From Basidiobolus meristosporus CBS 931.73 (Eukaryota > Fungi > Basidiobolomycota), in assembly GCA_002104905.1 (NCBI GenBank), contig MCFE01000191.1:1-64000 (forward strand): a stretch of DNA of 64,000 bases, read 5' to 3'. A program made the position numbers and the translations under genes. Positions 48,001 through 60,448 of the stretch are shown here, piece by piece. Each line of letters begins with the position of its first letter. The first letter of the stretch is position 1. The notes beneath the pieces are model-generated. The model searched no databases and had not been told where the DNA came from. It was given only the letters and a program-made list of their open reading frames with translations.

Positions 48001-49764
48001 AAGGCTGATGGTACAATTGAAAGATACAAAGCTAGACTTGTAGCCAAAGGATACTCTCAAACAAAAGGACTTGACTATACTGAGACCTTTGCACCGGTAG
48101 CCAAGTTTAATTCCATCAGATTAATATTGGCTATTGCAGCCAAATATAAGTTTTTTATTCATCAAATGGATGTAAAAACTGCATTTTTGAATGGAGAACT
48201 TGATGAGGATGTGTATATGAACCAGCCTGATGGGTTTGTTGACCAAGATAACCCCCATTTGGTCTGCAAGCTTAAAAAGTCACTATATGGTCTCAGACAA
48301 TCACCAAGAGCCTGGAATTGCAAGATAGATTCTTATTTGGAATTTTTGAGTTTCAAAAGAAGTAATGCTGACTATAGTATATACTATAAGCCAGATAGAG
48401 CAAATCCAGTTCTATTAGCTCTATATGTGGATGATCTTATTATAGCTGCCAATAACCTAGAAACATTGGAAGAGACTAAATCCAGCCTATCTAAGGAGTT
48501 TCAGATGTCCGATCTAGGAGAACTTAGTTACTACTTAGGGATTAAGTTCTCCATAGATAGAAGTACCCAGACCATCACCCTAAGCCAATCCAAGTATATT
48601 CAAGATATACTAAAGAAGTACAAAATGGAAGACTGTCAACCGGCAGCTACCCCAATGGAGACAAACCTTAACTTGGTCAAAACTCAACCAAATCAAGAGA
48701 GCTTGGTGCCATCTGAAAGCCCTGACTTTCCTTATCAATCTATAGTCGGCAGTCTGATGTATATCATGCTTGGAACACGTCCAGATATTGCATATTCAGT
48801 GGGAGTTGTCAGCCAACATAATCAGAACTATAGATCTGATCATATTGCAGCAGTTAAGTGGATTTTTAGATACCTAAAAGGAACTGCTGATATTTGCTTA
48901 AGATACACTTATAATGATTCAGAACAGGATCTTGTGGGATACTCTGATGCAGATTGGGGATGAAATTTGGAAGACAGAAGATCCACCACAGGATACACCT
49001 TTCTTTACTGTAAAGGAGCAATATCATGGAATTCAAGAAAGCAACCAACTGTAGCACTTTCTACTACAGAGGCAGAGTATATGGCAGCCTGTGAAGCTAC
49101 AAAAGAAGCAATGTGGTTAAGAAAGCTCTTTGCAGATTTAGGCCTATGTCAAAAAACGCCTATTACTTTATTTCAAGATAATCAAGGATGTATACAATTA
49201 GGTAGAAATCCAACTTTTCATGCTAGAACCAAGCACATAGATATTAGACATCATTTCATACGTGAAGCTATAGAGAATAACTTAGTTAGCTTAGTTTACT
49301 GTCCTACAGATGAAATGATTGCAGACATGTTTACCAAACCATTAGCTAGAGACAAGTTTGAATATCTTAGGTCAAAATTAGGACTAGTCAGTATGAACAT
49401 TTAGCTGAGTGGGAGTGTTGTAAAAATTTGTATTTCCACCTAAATATTCACCTAACTTAGTCACTTAGATCATTACCTTCAAATCCTAGAGAATACTGAC
49501 CAAATTCCTTGTCGGGATTTAATTAGAATATTTTCACCAAAATACCAGGTACCCAGAACATGAAAATTCTCAAAGTTGTCCAAACAGCCCCAAACTTTGC
49601 ACACATGTTCTTGGGACCTTCTTTAACCTATTCTATGTGTTTGTAATGCCAAGACCAGGCAAAAGTATAAATACTACTTTTACATTCAATAAATCATTAA
49701 GTGAAAACCACATAATCTACTTGTTCTCCAAATCACTTCCAATATCTCCAAGACTCTTACAACA
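45096..49764 (+). mobile_element. Full-length Ty1/copia LTR retrotransposon E1 (4669 bp): LTRs 45096-45427 and 49416-49764, TSD ATTAG
   Basis: TGTTG...CAACA termini; ATTAG at 45091-45095 and 49765-49769; PBS GGTTATGAGTCCC at 45428; PPT GAGTGGGAG at 49407-49415; gag-PR-IN-RT-RH order. Confidence 0.97.
45432..49404 (+). pseudogene. Copia gag-pol with two lesions: +1 A at about 47618 and in-frame TGA at 48961
   Basis: CNYCKRKGHTSDQC knuckle; WYIDSGA protease; HRRFGH...CEAC and IHSDLCGP, RSDNGGEY, QNGVAE integrase; LYVDDL RT; YSDADWG and [13 protein letters not shown] RNase H. Confidence 0.93.
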
Positions 49765-49865
49765 ATTAGTTGAGTAGATCCCAACAAAGACCCTATGAAA
49801 AATCTCAAAGTTGGATTTCATATGCTTTTCAGCTTGTATACAGCCAGTATTTGTATGATATTCTG

Positions 49866-50213
49866 TGTTGCATGAGTTTGGAGATATTGGAGGTGATTGG
49901 GAGAACAAGCAGATTATGTGACTTTCACCTAAGGATGTATTAAATGCAAAAGGGGTATTTATCCTTTTACATGGTTTTGGCAAAACAGGCACGTAGATAA
50001 TATTTAAAAAGATCCCAGGAATATGAGTGCAAGGTTTGGGGCAGTTTGGACTGCTTTGAGAAATTTCATGTTCTGGGTACCTGATGTTATGGTGAAAATA
50101 TTCTACGCAAATCCTGACAAGGAATTTGGACAGTATTGTCTAAGATTTGTAGGTAATGATCAAAGTGACCAAGTTAGGTGTATGTTTAGGTGGAATTACA
50201 AACTTTTACAACA
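49866..50213 (-). mobile_element. Complete solo LTR (348 bp) of a related subfamily, inverted
   Basis: tgttg...ttttacaaca termini; flanks TTCTG and TTTTG form a TSD with one transition; colinear with the reverse complement of the E1 LTR. Confidence 0.8.
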
Positions 50214-51106
50214 TTTTGCTGGTATACAGCTGGTGTTTTTGCTTCAAATTTTCAATTGCAATACTTGGTGGAATTAGTGAGCAGGTGATTACCAAATTTG
50301 GTATGAGTGCAAGTTGACCTAGTCTCCTTCTAAAAAGCATGTCTGCCTGTCTGCCCAATAGTTAATACCTTAGATACTCAAAGTTATTAATTAATTTTGT
50401 TTCTTAGGGAGAGTTAAGGCAAGATATTCTAAGATTCATAGACTATATAATACATATAAGCTAATGGAATTATTAGGTGTCATTACTGAACTTACATCAA
50501 TATGTAGGTCAGCTTCATCCTAATCTGGTACAATATTGGCTTGATAGGGACTCTATGGCACTATAATCAACAGGAATGATGGAACAAGTCCAGTATAACT
50601 CAGTTCATTCATTGTATTTTATGCCACAACAGAAGTAGAGGACAAATGGTGAGGAAGCAAGGCAGATTGGGATATTGCTTCTAACCCTTTAGATGAGTGA
50701 TCTGCAATTATGAGACGTAACGTGGCTTAATCAATAAGAATTATGCGAATATCGGAGTAGGTACACACCTTGTTCCGAATGTAAGATATCTTAGTCCCAA
50801 AAAATATTAGAACTCACACCGACTATTGCGCTTTTCTTTCTGTAGTAGCATTTTGGCATCTAGCTTGGTTTGCTGTGATCAGCCAGCGTAGTTCTTATTG
50901 GGTAACAAATGGAGGTGATAGGTTCCCAGTGATTCGTCAAGTCACAGCATGAATAATAGATGGCTTGACTGACGTATGGTACAGTCAGGAGGATGAACCA
51001 CCACGCCGGCAAACCATTGGCCAGATCTCGGCGATATCCAGTTATTAGGTAGGTGGCAATCGCTGTGGATTGCTTTGTGAAGTAGTAGCAATCCACTAGA
51101 CTAGTG

Positions 51107-52849
51107 ATGAATTTCGTAGGTGTTGACGTTGGCACTGGGTCGGCCCGCGCTGTGGTGGTCGACGAAAAGGGGGAGCTTCTCGGGACAGGAGTGTATGAGC
51201 TCACCACCTGGAACGCTTCGACCCACTTTTACGAGCAGTCTTCAGAGAATATCTGGGCTTCCTGCTGCAAAGCGGTGAAGAAGGCCTTGGAGGAGGCGGC
51301 AGTTTCCCCCGACACCGTCAAAGGGCTTGGCTTTGACGCCACGTGCTCTCTGGTTGTCCTGGATGCGGACGGGAACCCGGTGTCTGTGTCCCCAGACACC
51401 ACGGAGAAGGGAGACGAGAGAAACATTATTCTGTGGATGGACCATAGAGCGAAGGACCAGGCACAGAGGATTACCGAGACCAAAAGTGAGGTGCTGAAAT
51501 TCCTGGGGGGAACGATGTCACTGGAGATGGAGTTACCGAAGATCTTGTGGCTCAAGGAGAACAAGCCGGAGCTTTTCAAGAGAATGTACTTCTACGACCT
51601 GCCAGACTTTCTCACTTTCAAGGCGACCGGCTCCACTGCTCGTTCCACCTGCTCTCTAGTATGTAAGTGGACTTATGTGCCCCCAGAGGTTGCTGCAGAT
51701 ACTTCTATGACAAAGCATGGCTGGGACGACCAGCTTTTTGACTTGATTGGTCTAGCGGACTTGAAGGAGAACGACTACACCCGTATCGGAGGGGTGCCTC
51801 AAAGAAATGGGCAGGTCCTGACCGCTGGCCAGAGGGTGGGTGGCCTTAGCGAGCAAGCAGCGAGACAGCTCGGGCTGAACCCAGGGACAGCGGTTGGGTC
51901 GGCGGTGATTGATGCATATGCTGGATGGGTTGGGACAGTTGGAGCACCATTCACCACAAGGCCAGGTGATGTTGCGGCTGCCACGGATATCCAGGAGGCG
52001 CCCAAACGCCTTGCCCTGATTTGCGGCACATCATCCTGCCATCTGGTCACAAGTCCAGACGCCATATTTGTTGAAGGTGTCTGGGGTCCGTATTATTCTG
52101 CCTGTCTCCCCTCTCTGTGGGTGGCCGAAGGTGGGCAAAGTGCGACAGGTAAGCTGATCGACTGGGTGATCGAGAACCACAAAGCCTCCTGGGAAGCACG
52201 CGAGGAGGCTGCTGCTCAGAGTATCAGCGTTTATCAGTTCCTGAACCAACGACTGGAGCGGTTGAAAACGAAGCGGAATGCCTCGAATCTCCCCTCGCTC
52301 ACGAAGGACTACCACATGATTGCCGACTTCCATGGGAATCGATCACCATTGGCCGACCCATCGCTTCGTGGAATGGTGGTTGGCCTGGATCTGGACCCAC
52401 TGGGCGTTGACAGTCTTGCCCTTCAGTACTATGCCACCATGGAGGCTATCGCGTACAGTACTAAGCAAATCATCGAAGCACTGAACCAGAACGGGCACTC
52501 CGTGGACACCCTATTTATGTCAGGTGGTCTCTGCAAGAATGCAGTGTTTGTTCAGCTTCACGCGGACATCACCGGATCTCCGGTAGTGCTGCCAAAGTAT
52601 ATCAACAGTGCGGTTGTACTTGGGGCGGCGATCCTTGGGGCTACAGCCTACGGGAGTGGTCATGATAACCTATGGGACACGATGGTCAGCATGAACAAAG
52701 CAGACCAAGTGATCCATCCCACCCGAGACGAAGGGGAGCTAGCCATCCACCGACGAAAGTATGAAGTAATGAAATTGATGCAAGTACATCAAAAGGAGTA
52801 CCAACGAATCATGAATTCAAGCGGTGGCGATGAACGTTCTCAGCAGTAA
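51107..52849 (+). CDS. FGGY-family pentulose/ribulokinase copy B (intact, intronless, 580 aa)
   Basis: Uninterrupted ORF with VDVGTGS, DATCSL, WMDHRA, CSLVCKWTY, LICGTSSCH, GVWGPYY, EGGQSATG, DFHGNRSP, MSGGLCKN. Confidence 0.93.
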   Translation: MNFVGVDVGTGSARAVVVDEKGELLGTGVYELTTWNASTHFYEQSSENIWASCCKAVKKALEEAAVSPDTVKGLGFDATCSLVVLDADGNPVSVSPDTTEKGDERNIILWMDHRAKDQAQRITETKSEVLKFLGGTMSLEMELPKILWLKENKPELFKRMYFYDLPDFLTFKATGSTARSTCSLVCKWTYVPPEVAADTSMTKHGWDDQLFDLIGLADLKENDYTRIGGVPQRNGQVLTAGQRVGGLSEQAARQLGLNPGTAVGSAVIDAYAGWVGTVGAPFTTRPGDVAAATDIQEAPKRLALICGTSSCHLVTSPDAIFVEGVWGPYYSACLPSLWVAEGGQSATGKLIDWVIENHKASWEAREEAAAQSISVYQFLNQRLERLKTKRNASNLPSLTKDYHMIADFHGNRSPLADPSLRGMVVGLDLDPLGVDSLALQYYATMEAIAYSTKQIIEALNQNGHSVDTLFMSGGLCKNAVFVQLHADITGSPVVLPKYINSAVVLGAAILGATAYGSGHDNLWDTMVSMNKADQVIHPTRDEGELAIHRRKYEVMKLMQVHQKEYQRIMNSSGGDERSQQ

Positions 52850-53647
52850 TATTCAGCAATTTTTGCTTTTTTTGTTCAATTCTTCTTATATATCAAGCTT
52901 CTGTATCAGGCTGAGCTACAGTTACATATTAAACTAAATAATACAATACCAGACTTTGGGCATGGCGTATACATTTGACCACCTTACCAATCCTCTAGTT
53001 TGTTATGTGGCTATTTCAATGCAGTGAACATGGGTAGATTGCCTTGGGAGATTTGGTATCTTGTAGCGTACTACGGTGGTCAGATGGTCTGCTGTGACCG
53101 TAGGCTCAAGAAAACTGGATTCCAACAACGATTGGGTCGCCTGCATTGAGTCAAAAAGTGCATACATTAAATGCTTCCCAATCATCGATTTGTTCGCTGT
53201 TAAACAGCAATGTAACCATAATATTTCCTTGTTATTGAAGGTGAGGAAGTGGCCCATTCATTGGATCACAGGATCCCTCATGTGGTAGAATGCCCATTCT
53301 ATTTATTGGTGAACAGTAGTCAGTTGAATACCAACATGACGCCAAGTTGCACTTTGCCGGATGCGAATAATACTCAGTTGGGGGTGTTTGTTGGGTATAA
53401 GGTCTATTTGAACAGTATACCATGGACTCAGTCCACCGTTACAGTTAATCTCCGAACACCGTATCGTTATCGGCTATGTAATCAAACAAACCAACGCGTG
53501 GTTGGTACATGAAATTCACTGACAACTCCACATAAAGCCAGTTGTTGCGCTCAGAAGAAACTTTTGTGAGTCTCAACGCTCATCGCCTCACTAACTTGGT
53601 TCGCTTCTTGGCCTTTGTTTCAGCTGATTTCAGAAGTAAACACCAAC

Positions 53648-54476
53648 ATGACAGGTAATTTAGTTGATTGATTTCGTGGAGTTGATTTGAGGCTGAGAAT
53701 CTTGTCAGACGCTAAACAGGTTGAGGAGTTGGCATGCGCCATTTGTTACGAGCTACCCACCACCTTTGGACTGATGGGTAAGTGTTCATGATGATATTTA
53801 AATAAGGGTGAATGGATACTCAAAGAATCCTCAAGTCTCGTGTGATCATGTATTTTGTATAGGTAAATGTGGTGGTGCGAGTTTTGAAGGGAGTTAAGCT
53901 AATAAGATTGCTCCCCTAGAATGCATCAAAATATGGAGACGTGAGGGGCACATACGTAGTTTGTCGGGGCTAAAAAGAAGACGATTGTGCCCAATGTGTC
54001 GAACCTATTCGGAGCTAGTGGTAGAGTCGGCAAATTACTTAACGCAAGGGAAGAAAAAGGATGATCTGATAAAGGAGTACATCCGCCGACTGGCCGAAAT
54101 CCCATGTCTATACTTTGCCAAATCTCCACCCAGCAATCGTCACTGCCCTTTTGGGGACGCATGCTACTATCAACACCTTGATGAGAATGGATCGATATAC
54201 AGCTTTACCGTGCGCGCCCGCGAACGTGCCCGAAGGCTATCTACCTACAATCGGCCATACAACACGGTTACACAGCCTTCACAGAGCCATACTCAACCAC
54301 GTCACGAAGAGAGCTCCATCTTCTCCTCATTTACAAGCTTTTTTTCCTCGCCTCAGCAACCCAGCCCAGCCCTAACCGAAACCAACGGCCCGGAAGAAGA
54401 AAGGCTCCCAGATGTGCAGAACAGGGAGCTATCCGACTCCACTATGATATTTCTAATGACCATGACGGATCTATAG
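53648..54476 (+). CDS. Short makorin-like RING (C3HC4) plus CCCH zinc-finger E3 ligase, 3 introns
   Basis: Spliced MT / DAKQVEELACAICYELPTTFGLM / VSCDHVFCI / ECIKIWR...CPMCR...IPCLYF...CPFGDACYYQH. Confidence 0.8.
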
Positions 54477-55157
54477 CTTAAACATCAACATCATTTAAAC
54501 ATTATTGTGAATCTTCTTCATGCTGCAACTTGCTCAGATACGCAATAACTAACATTTTCTATGTAAAGATTGGGTTGGATTCCTGTAATAAATCGGTTAG
54601 TCTGGCCTCACATATGCACCTCGCCAATTCTGCCCCAAAAAGGTCCGGGTCTCTTCACACTGTACCATAGATAGACCGCCGATCCGTACATTTTAATCAT
54701 CCACTACAAACATTGGCCTAAATCTCCACTGCGGATTGACTTCATTGGCTGCCGCAGCTTCTCCGATCATGAAATGGAAAGGCCATGCTTCTTGGTGTTC
54801 TAAAAGAGCTGGCACTCAGTCTAGACTAGGTACTTCGCACCCGACAGTTTGTATATAAAAAATTCAGCATGTCCTTGGACCAGGAGCACCCATTGTAGTA
54901 CTAATTGCCAACCATGCTGAGCACGTTGTCAATTCTCCCTCACGTAAGCCGTCAAGCGCTTGCCATCCCTTCCCAAGTGATATTTCGTCGGTTCGCAAGC
55001 ATCCTCACGTCCACCATGCGAGAAAAGAAAGCCCCTCAAGACCCCCTCCCAGCAGAAATGATGCCTGACGCACTTCGCTTCATACTACAACCAAAAATCC
55101 TTCCTGCTGAGGATCCAGGAGTCAGAGGGCGAGGCCGTCCCAAGCTCGGAAAAGGCC

Positions 55158-55394
55158 ATGTTGCAGCAGGTGGACGATCTGCTGGATTGTTCGTCGAAGA
55201 TTCTGTCCCGCATACAGGAGACGGCACAGAAGAACCAGGCAGAAAAGGAGACTCTGATCGCTGCGCTGAATAAGGTGGTGGAAGAATCGGAGAGCAACAA
55301 AACCCAGATAAGAGAGTTGACCCAACGCCTCCAGCAATTCGAAAACAGCAGCAGACGCAGCCTACCCCGCACCCGAAGTTCCAGCAAGAAATGA
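55158..55394 (+). CDS. Hypothetical coiled-coil protein; 5' structure unresolved (TATA-like site at about 54852, ATG at 54869)
   Basis: Heptad-rich MLQQVDDLLDCSSKILSRIQETAQKNQAEKETLIAALNKVVEE...; the frame is open back to a TGA at 55059. Confidence 0.4.
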   Translation: MLQQVDDLLDCSSKILSRIQETAQKNQAEKETLIAALNKVVEESESNKTQIRELTQRLQQFENSSRRSLPRTRSSSKK

Positions 55395-55489
55395 GCTGCT
55401 TGCCCACATCAGCCATAATCTGTAATAATTTATTCATGTATCATATTTGTGTAATGGTAATAAACATGTGAGCCCCCGGGTCTTCCGCC

Positions 55490-56350
55490 TTAATGTTTTC
55501 TTCTCCACACGCTGATCTTTTCCTTGCCCTCACGCCCTGCATGGCTCTTGCAGTCTTCCAGGGACTCTAGGTCGAAGGATTTCTCAAGCGCGGCCTTATA
55601 GGCATCCACCGAAACTGAGAATGGTGGGCCGCCTTCGTGTTGGTCTAACGGAAACATCAAGGCAATCAGGACGCCACCTGGTTGGATAATTTCCGCGTAG
55701 CGTTCACCCCACTGAGCTCGCATTTCTGGATCGATGGCGCAGAAAAACCTAGACGAAAGGTTAGTTCAAAGAAAGGGTGTATGGAGCTGATGCCTGGTGG
55801 CCACACATACGTATAGTCGTAGGCAAAGCCGAATTTCGTTGGGAACTTGTCAGTGAAGAAGTTCCCCAGTTCGAAAACCGGTTTCTTGCCTTGGGTGGCT
55901 TTCCCTTCCCAATACTGCAACCTGGTTAATCCTGAAGAAAGTTCGAGTGCTGTCCAAATCACCTACCTTGTTGGCGATCTCCACTGCGGACGGGCTGATG
56001 TCCAAGCCGACCGTCTCCCTATCAAACGAACAGAAATATGCGACGTCGTATCCCTAGAGGGCAAGGCTCTGCTTAGTTTCACCGAAGAGTATGTCCGCCT
56101 CCATTGTTTCCGTACCTTGCCACAGCCAGGAACTAACCCTTTCCCTTCGGGTAACTGAAACTTGCGTTCCTCGAGAAGCTGGACCAATGCAGGAGAGACC
56201 TTTCCAGCATCCCAACCAGTGGCTCCTTCTTTCCAACGGCGGTCCCAATCTAAGGAGGTACCGGTTACTTCAGTCAACTGCTCAAGTTCAAAGGAGAAGC
56301 AAACACTGACCTTCAAAGCGTTTGTCAGTGGTTTCGTTAGGGGCAGTCAT
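55490..56350 (-). CDS. SAM-dependent thiol/halide methyltransferase (TPMT/HOL1-like), multi-exon
   Basis: MTAPNETTDKRFE / DWDRRWKEGATGWDAGKVSP; LVPGCG; FAYDYT; LIALMFPLDQHEGGPPFSVS; REGKEKISVWRRKH*. Confidence 0.85.
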
Positions 56351-57304
56351 TTCAATCAACCAATGCCCGAAAATCTCGCCCATTAAATGGACTTTCCCCC
56401 AATTGGGCATTAGTCATCAAAGATCGGTGTGAAACATACCTTAGTAGTTCCGTAATCAATTTTCTCCGTTCGGCATTGCAGTCGTCACCAGACGCAACTC
56501 TTTGTGGCACCTCACGCTTCTCCCGTATGTCCAGGGTAGTATGCTGATTACCTATATTCAATCATGCTCAATACCTATGTATCCGCTACATGTGGCATGA
56601 CAACCATTCAATCCCTTGGAATATGGCATGCGATTTACCAAGAGTTCTCTCGAGTTCTACCCGCCTACCTTAATGTGGGAGGGGAGGAATATCTTATTTC
56701 CCAAATTGCCTTAACTGCTGCTAGCATTTCCTGGAGCGTAATTTGCCATTTGGGTGTTGCTGTTGAAAGAGCCACGTTGATTCCTTATTGGTTTTGATGA
56801 GATACATCTGTCCATTTCATCCGCAAAAGATCTAGCAATACCTATATATGTGGTACTTCAATGCATGTTTATTTGGAATGCTGGTACTGAGGTGATTTGG
56901 AAGTAATCAGGACAAGACCTATATTCATTTCCTGGCCAATAGAGTAAAAAGCAAGTGTCTGTATCTTGTGGAGATTGGAGAAATCACACAGCTCTGAAAG
57001 CATTGTCTCCTCAATAAATATCTTTTGTTGATTGCTTTGTATGCTGACTGTATTTATTGTTTTGTCAATATTACTAAGAATGTCATTTCACAAATCTATT
57101 AATCAATCCGATACTATACACAAATAGCTTGGGCAAATTACACTAAAGCCCAAAAGCTAGAACCAAAGTGACTAAGCTGAAGCAGTTTGATGGTATAAAT
57201 GTGAAGCCCACAAAACTCCCATTAGGCTTAACTTACATTTAAGCTAGGCCTACATGTTATCCAGGATATCTATTTTGTCTCCAGCTGATAGTTAGTGTGC
57301 ATAT

Positions 57305-60300
57305 TGTTATAAGAGTCTTGAAGATAATGAAAGTAAGTGGGAGGACAAGTAGATTATGTGGTTTTCACTTAATGATCAATTAAATGTAAAGGTGGTATTT
57401 ACATTTTTACATGGTCCTGGCAGAGCAAATGCATAAAGTTTGTCTAAGAAGGTCCCAGGAGCATGTGTTCAAAGCTTGGTTTGGTTTGAATAATCTTGAG
57501 AAATTTCATGCTCTTAGTACCTGATATTTTGGTGGAAATATTGAGAGTAAGTCCCCACAAAGAATTTGTTTAGAATTTTGTCCCCAATCAGCATCAGAGT
57601 ACCCCACAAGATCCTGTTCTGAATCCTTCTAAGTGTATCTTAAGCAGATATCAGCAGTTTGATTTAAGTTACTAAAAATCTGCTTAACTACTGCAATATG
57701 ATCAGATCCATAGTTCTGATTATGCTGGCTGACAACTCCCACTGAATATGAGATGTCTGAACATGTTCCAAGCATAAAATACATCAGACTGCCAACTATA
57801 TATTGATAAGGAAAGTCAGGGCTTTCAGATGGCACTAAACTCTCTTGATTTGGTTGTGTTATGACCAAGTTGAGGTTTGTGTCCATTGGGGTAGCTGCCA
57901 GTTTACAGTCTTCCATTTTGTGCTTCTTTAGTATATCTTGAATATACCTGGATTGGCTTAGGGTGATAGTCTGGGTACCTCTGTCTATGGAAAACTTTAT
58001 CCCTAAGTAGTAACTGAATTCTGCTAGATTGAACATCTTGAGCTCTTTAGATAGGCTGGATTTAGTCTCTTCCAATATTGCTAGATTACTGGTGGCTATA
58101 ATAAGATCATCCACATATAGAGCTAATAGAACTGAAATTGCTCTCTCTGGCTTATAGTAAATACTATAGTCAGCATTACTCCTTTTGAAACTCAAAGATT
58201 CCAAATATGAAGTTATCTTGCAATTCCAGGCTCTTGGTGATTGTTTGAGACCATATAAAGATTCTTTAGACTTGCAGACCAAATGCAGATTTTCTTAGTC
58301 AACAAGCCATCAGGCTGGTCCATATATACATCCTCATCAAGTTCTTCATTCAAAAATGCAGCTTTTACATCTAATTGATGTATTAAAACTTGTATTTGGC
58401 TGCAATAGCCAATATCAATCTGATGGAATTAAACTGGGCTTCTGGTGCAAAGGTCTCCGTATAGTCAGGTCCTTTTGTTGAAGAGTATTCTTTGGCCACA
58501 AGTCTTGCTTTGTATCTTTCAATTGAACCATCAGCCTTGTATTTTGTCTCAAAGACCCATCTGCATCCAACTGATTTTTGATTGATTGGTAATTTGACTA
58601 AGTCCCAGGTTTGATTTTCCATCAGGGCCTGATTTTCCTCAGTCATTGCAGATCTCCAAAACTTTGTCTGAGGGCTATTTAGGGCCTCTTTTACAGTCTG
58701 GTGCTCATCAATATGGACTGAATAGGCATAGGCTAAGTTTGAACCCTCATTGATAAAGTAATTTGGGCTATTTCTTGTCTGGTTAGATCTCCTGGCATTC
58801 AATACTGGAATGATCCATTCTGGGATATCCCTGGGCACTGATTCTGGCTGCAGCATGGTTGTAGAGTCCTCTAGAGTGAAAAAGTTTTCATTGTTTGCTC
58901 TGATTCAATCCTGACTATTAGTGGAACTTTAGATCAAATATATTTCATTATCTGATGTCATTGTTTGTGAAAATTTTGAATTTTCATCAAACAACACATC
59001 CCTGGACTTGATCAGCTACTTTGCTTTGGTACTGTAGAGTCTGTATGCCACACTCTCATTGAAGTAGCCCAAGATTATGCTTTTTATACTCTTTGGCTCA
59101 AATTTTGACTAATTTCCGGGCAGTTTTTTGGCATATGCTGTACACCCAAATATTCTTAGATGTTCTGCACTTGGTCTGTATCCACACCATGCTTCAAATG
59201 GAGTAGATTCACAAAGTAGTCCTTTATTACTCCAATATCTAAGGTATACAGCAATGGCAACTGCTTCTGCCCAAAAATCATAGAATAATTTTTGATCATG
59301 GTCATAGATCTTACCATATCAATAATTGATCTGTTTGCATGTTCAACTACTCCATTTCACTATGAGGAGTATGGTACAGTAGTCTCTTGGTTTATCCCAT
59401 GAATTTTGTAGAAGTGGATGAAGAGTTTTGAGGTATATTCTCCACTATTGTCAGAGCATATTTTCTTGATTTTTTCACCAGTTTCTCTCTCCACCATGGC
59501 TTTAAGCTCCCTGAGCTTAGACAGAGCTACTTTCTGTTCTCCCTATGAAGTAGACCCATGCGTATCTTGTATAATCATCAACAAAAGTGATTAAATACTT
59601 CATCCAGCCTAAGGATAAATTTTGCATAGGTCCACACAGATCTGAGTGAATTAGATCTAATTTATTCTTAGTTTTGACTAACCCAGTGCTCTTGAGCAGT
59701 TGTCTGGCTTGTTTCCCATATATGCAGGCTTCACAGTGTTCCAAATTAGCTAGGGGATCAATCTTTACTACAGGAATTAACTGGTCTTTGATCATTTTGC
59801 GCAAATAATCAAATTGATGTGTCCAAATCTCCTGTGCCAAAGCATTGATGTTTCTTCATTAAAGTTACTGATATTGGCTTCTTGATATGATGGAATATAA
59901 GTCAACTTGTATAGATTCTGATCTCTGATACCCAAAGCAATACAGGCACCATTTTGATCAGTGATCCTGCATCCAGAATTGTAAAAACTGGAACTGAGTC
60001 CTTCTGCTGTGGCCTTGCTTACAGATAGTAGGTTCTTAGCTATTTATGGAGCATAGAGTAATACTTTGAAGATCAGTGTATGGCTTCCTTCACTGCTTCT
60101 ATGGTTTAATTGGATAGTTCTTTCTCCCACTGCATCAAGTGGGCTATTGTCACCCATGAAAACCTTCTTAATTGGAATTTCTTGATACTGGGTAAAAGGT
60201 TCTTTTTGGTGTCCAAAGTGTTCAAATGCTCCAGAGTCAATATACAATGTCTGAGAATCCTTGTTTACGGTCATATTTAGTGCAGGTATGAATAGTATAT

Positions 60301-60448
60301 CTTCAGCTGTTGCAGCATTTCCATATTTAGGCTTCTTTTGCTGATTATCTCTCTTCTTGAAAAACCGGTCTGATGTGTGTCCTTTCCTTTTGCAGTAGTT
60401 GCAAAGCAGCTTACTGCTACCTTTGTAGGGTTTTGGGTACCTCCTTTG
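57305..60448 (-). mobile_element. Degenerate copia E2, inverted: partial LTR 57305 to about 57573 joined to broken RT-IN-PR fragments; interrupted at 60448 by E3
   Basis: Fragment ORFs with LYVDDL, RYKARLVAK, IHSDLCGP and CNYCKRKGH; many stops and frameshifts; RNase H missing at the LTR junction. Confidence 0.9.

Noticed and set aside
55059-55061. In-frame TGA as selenocysteine or read-through
   Set aside because: No selenoprotein motif or SECIS evidence; another stop lies upstream in the frame.
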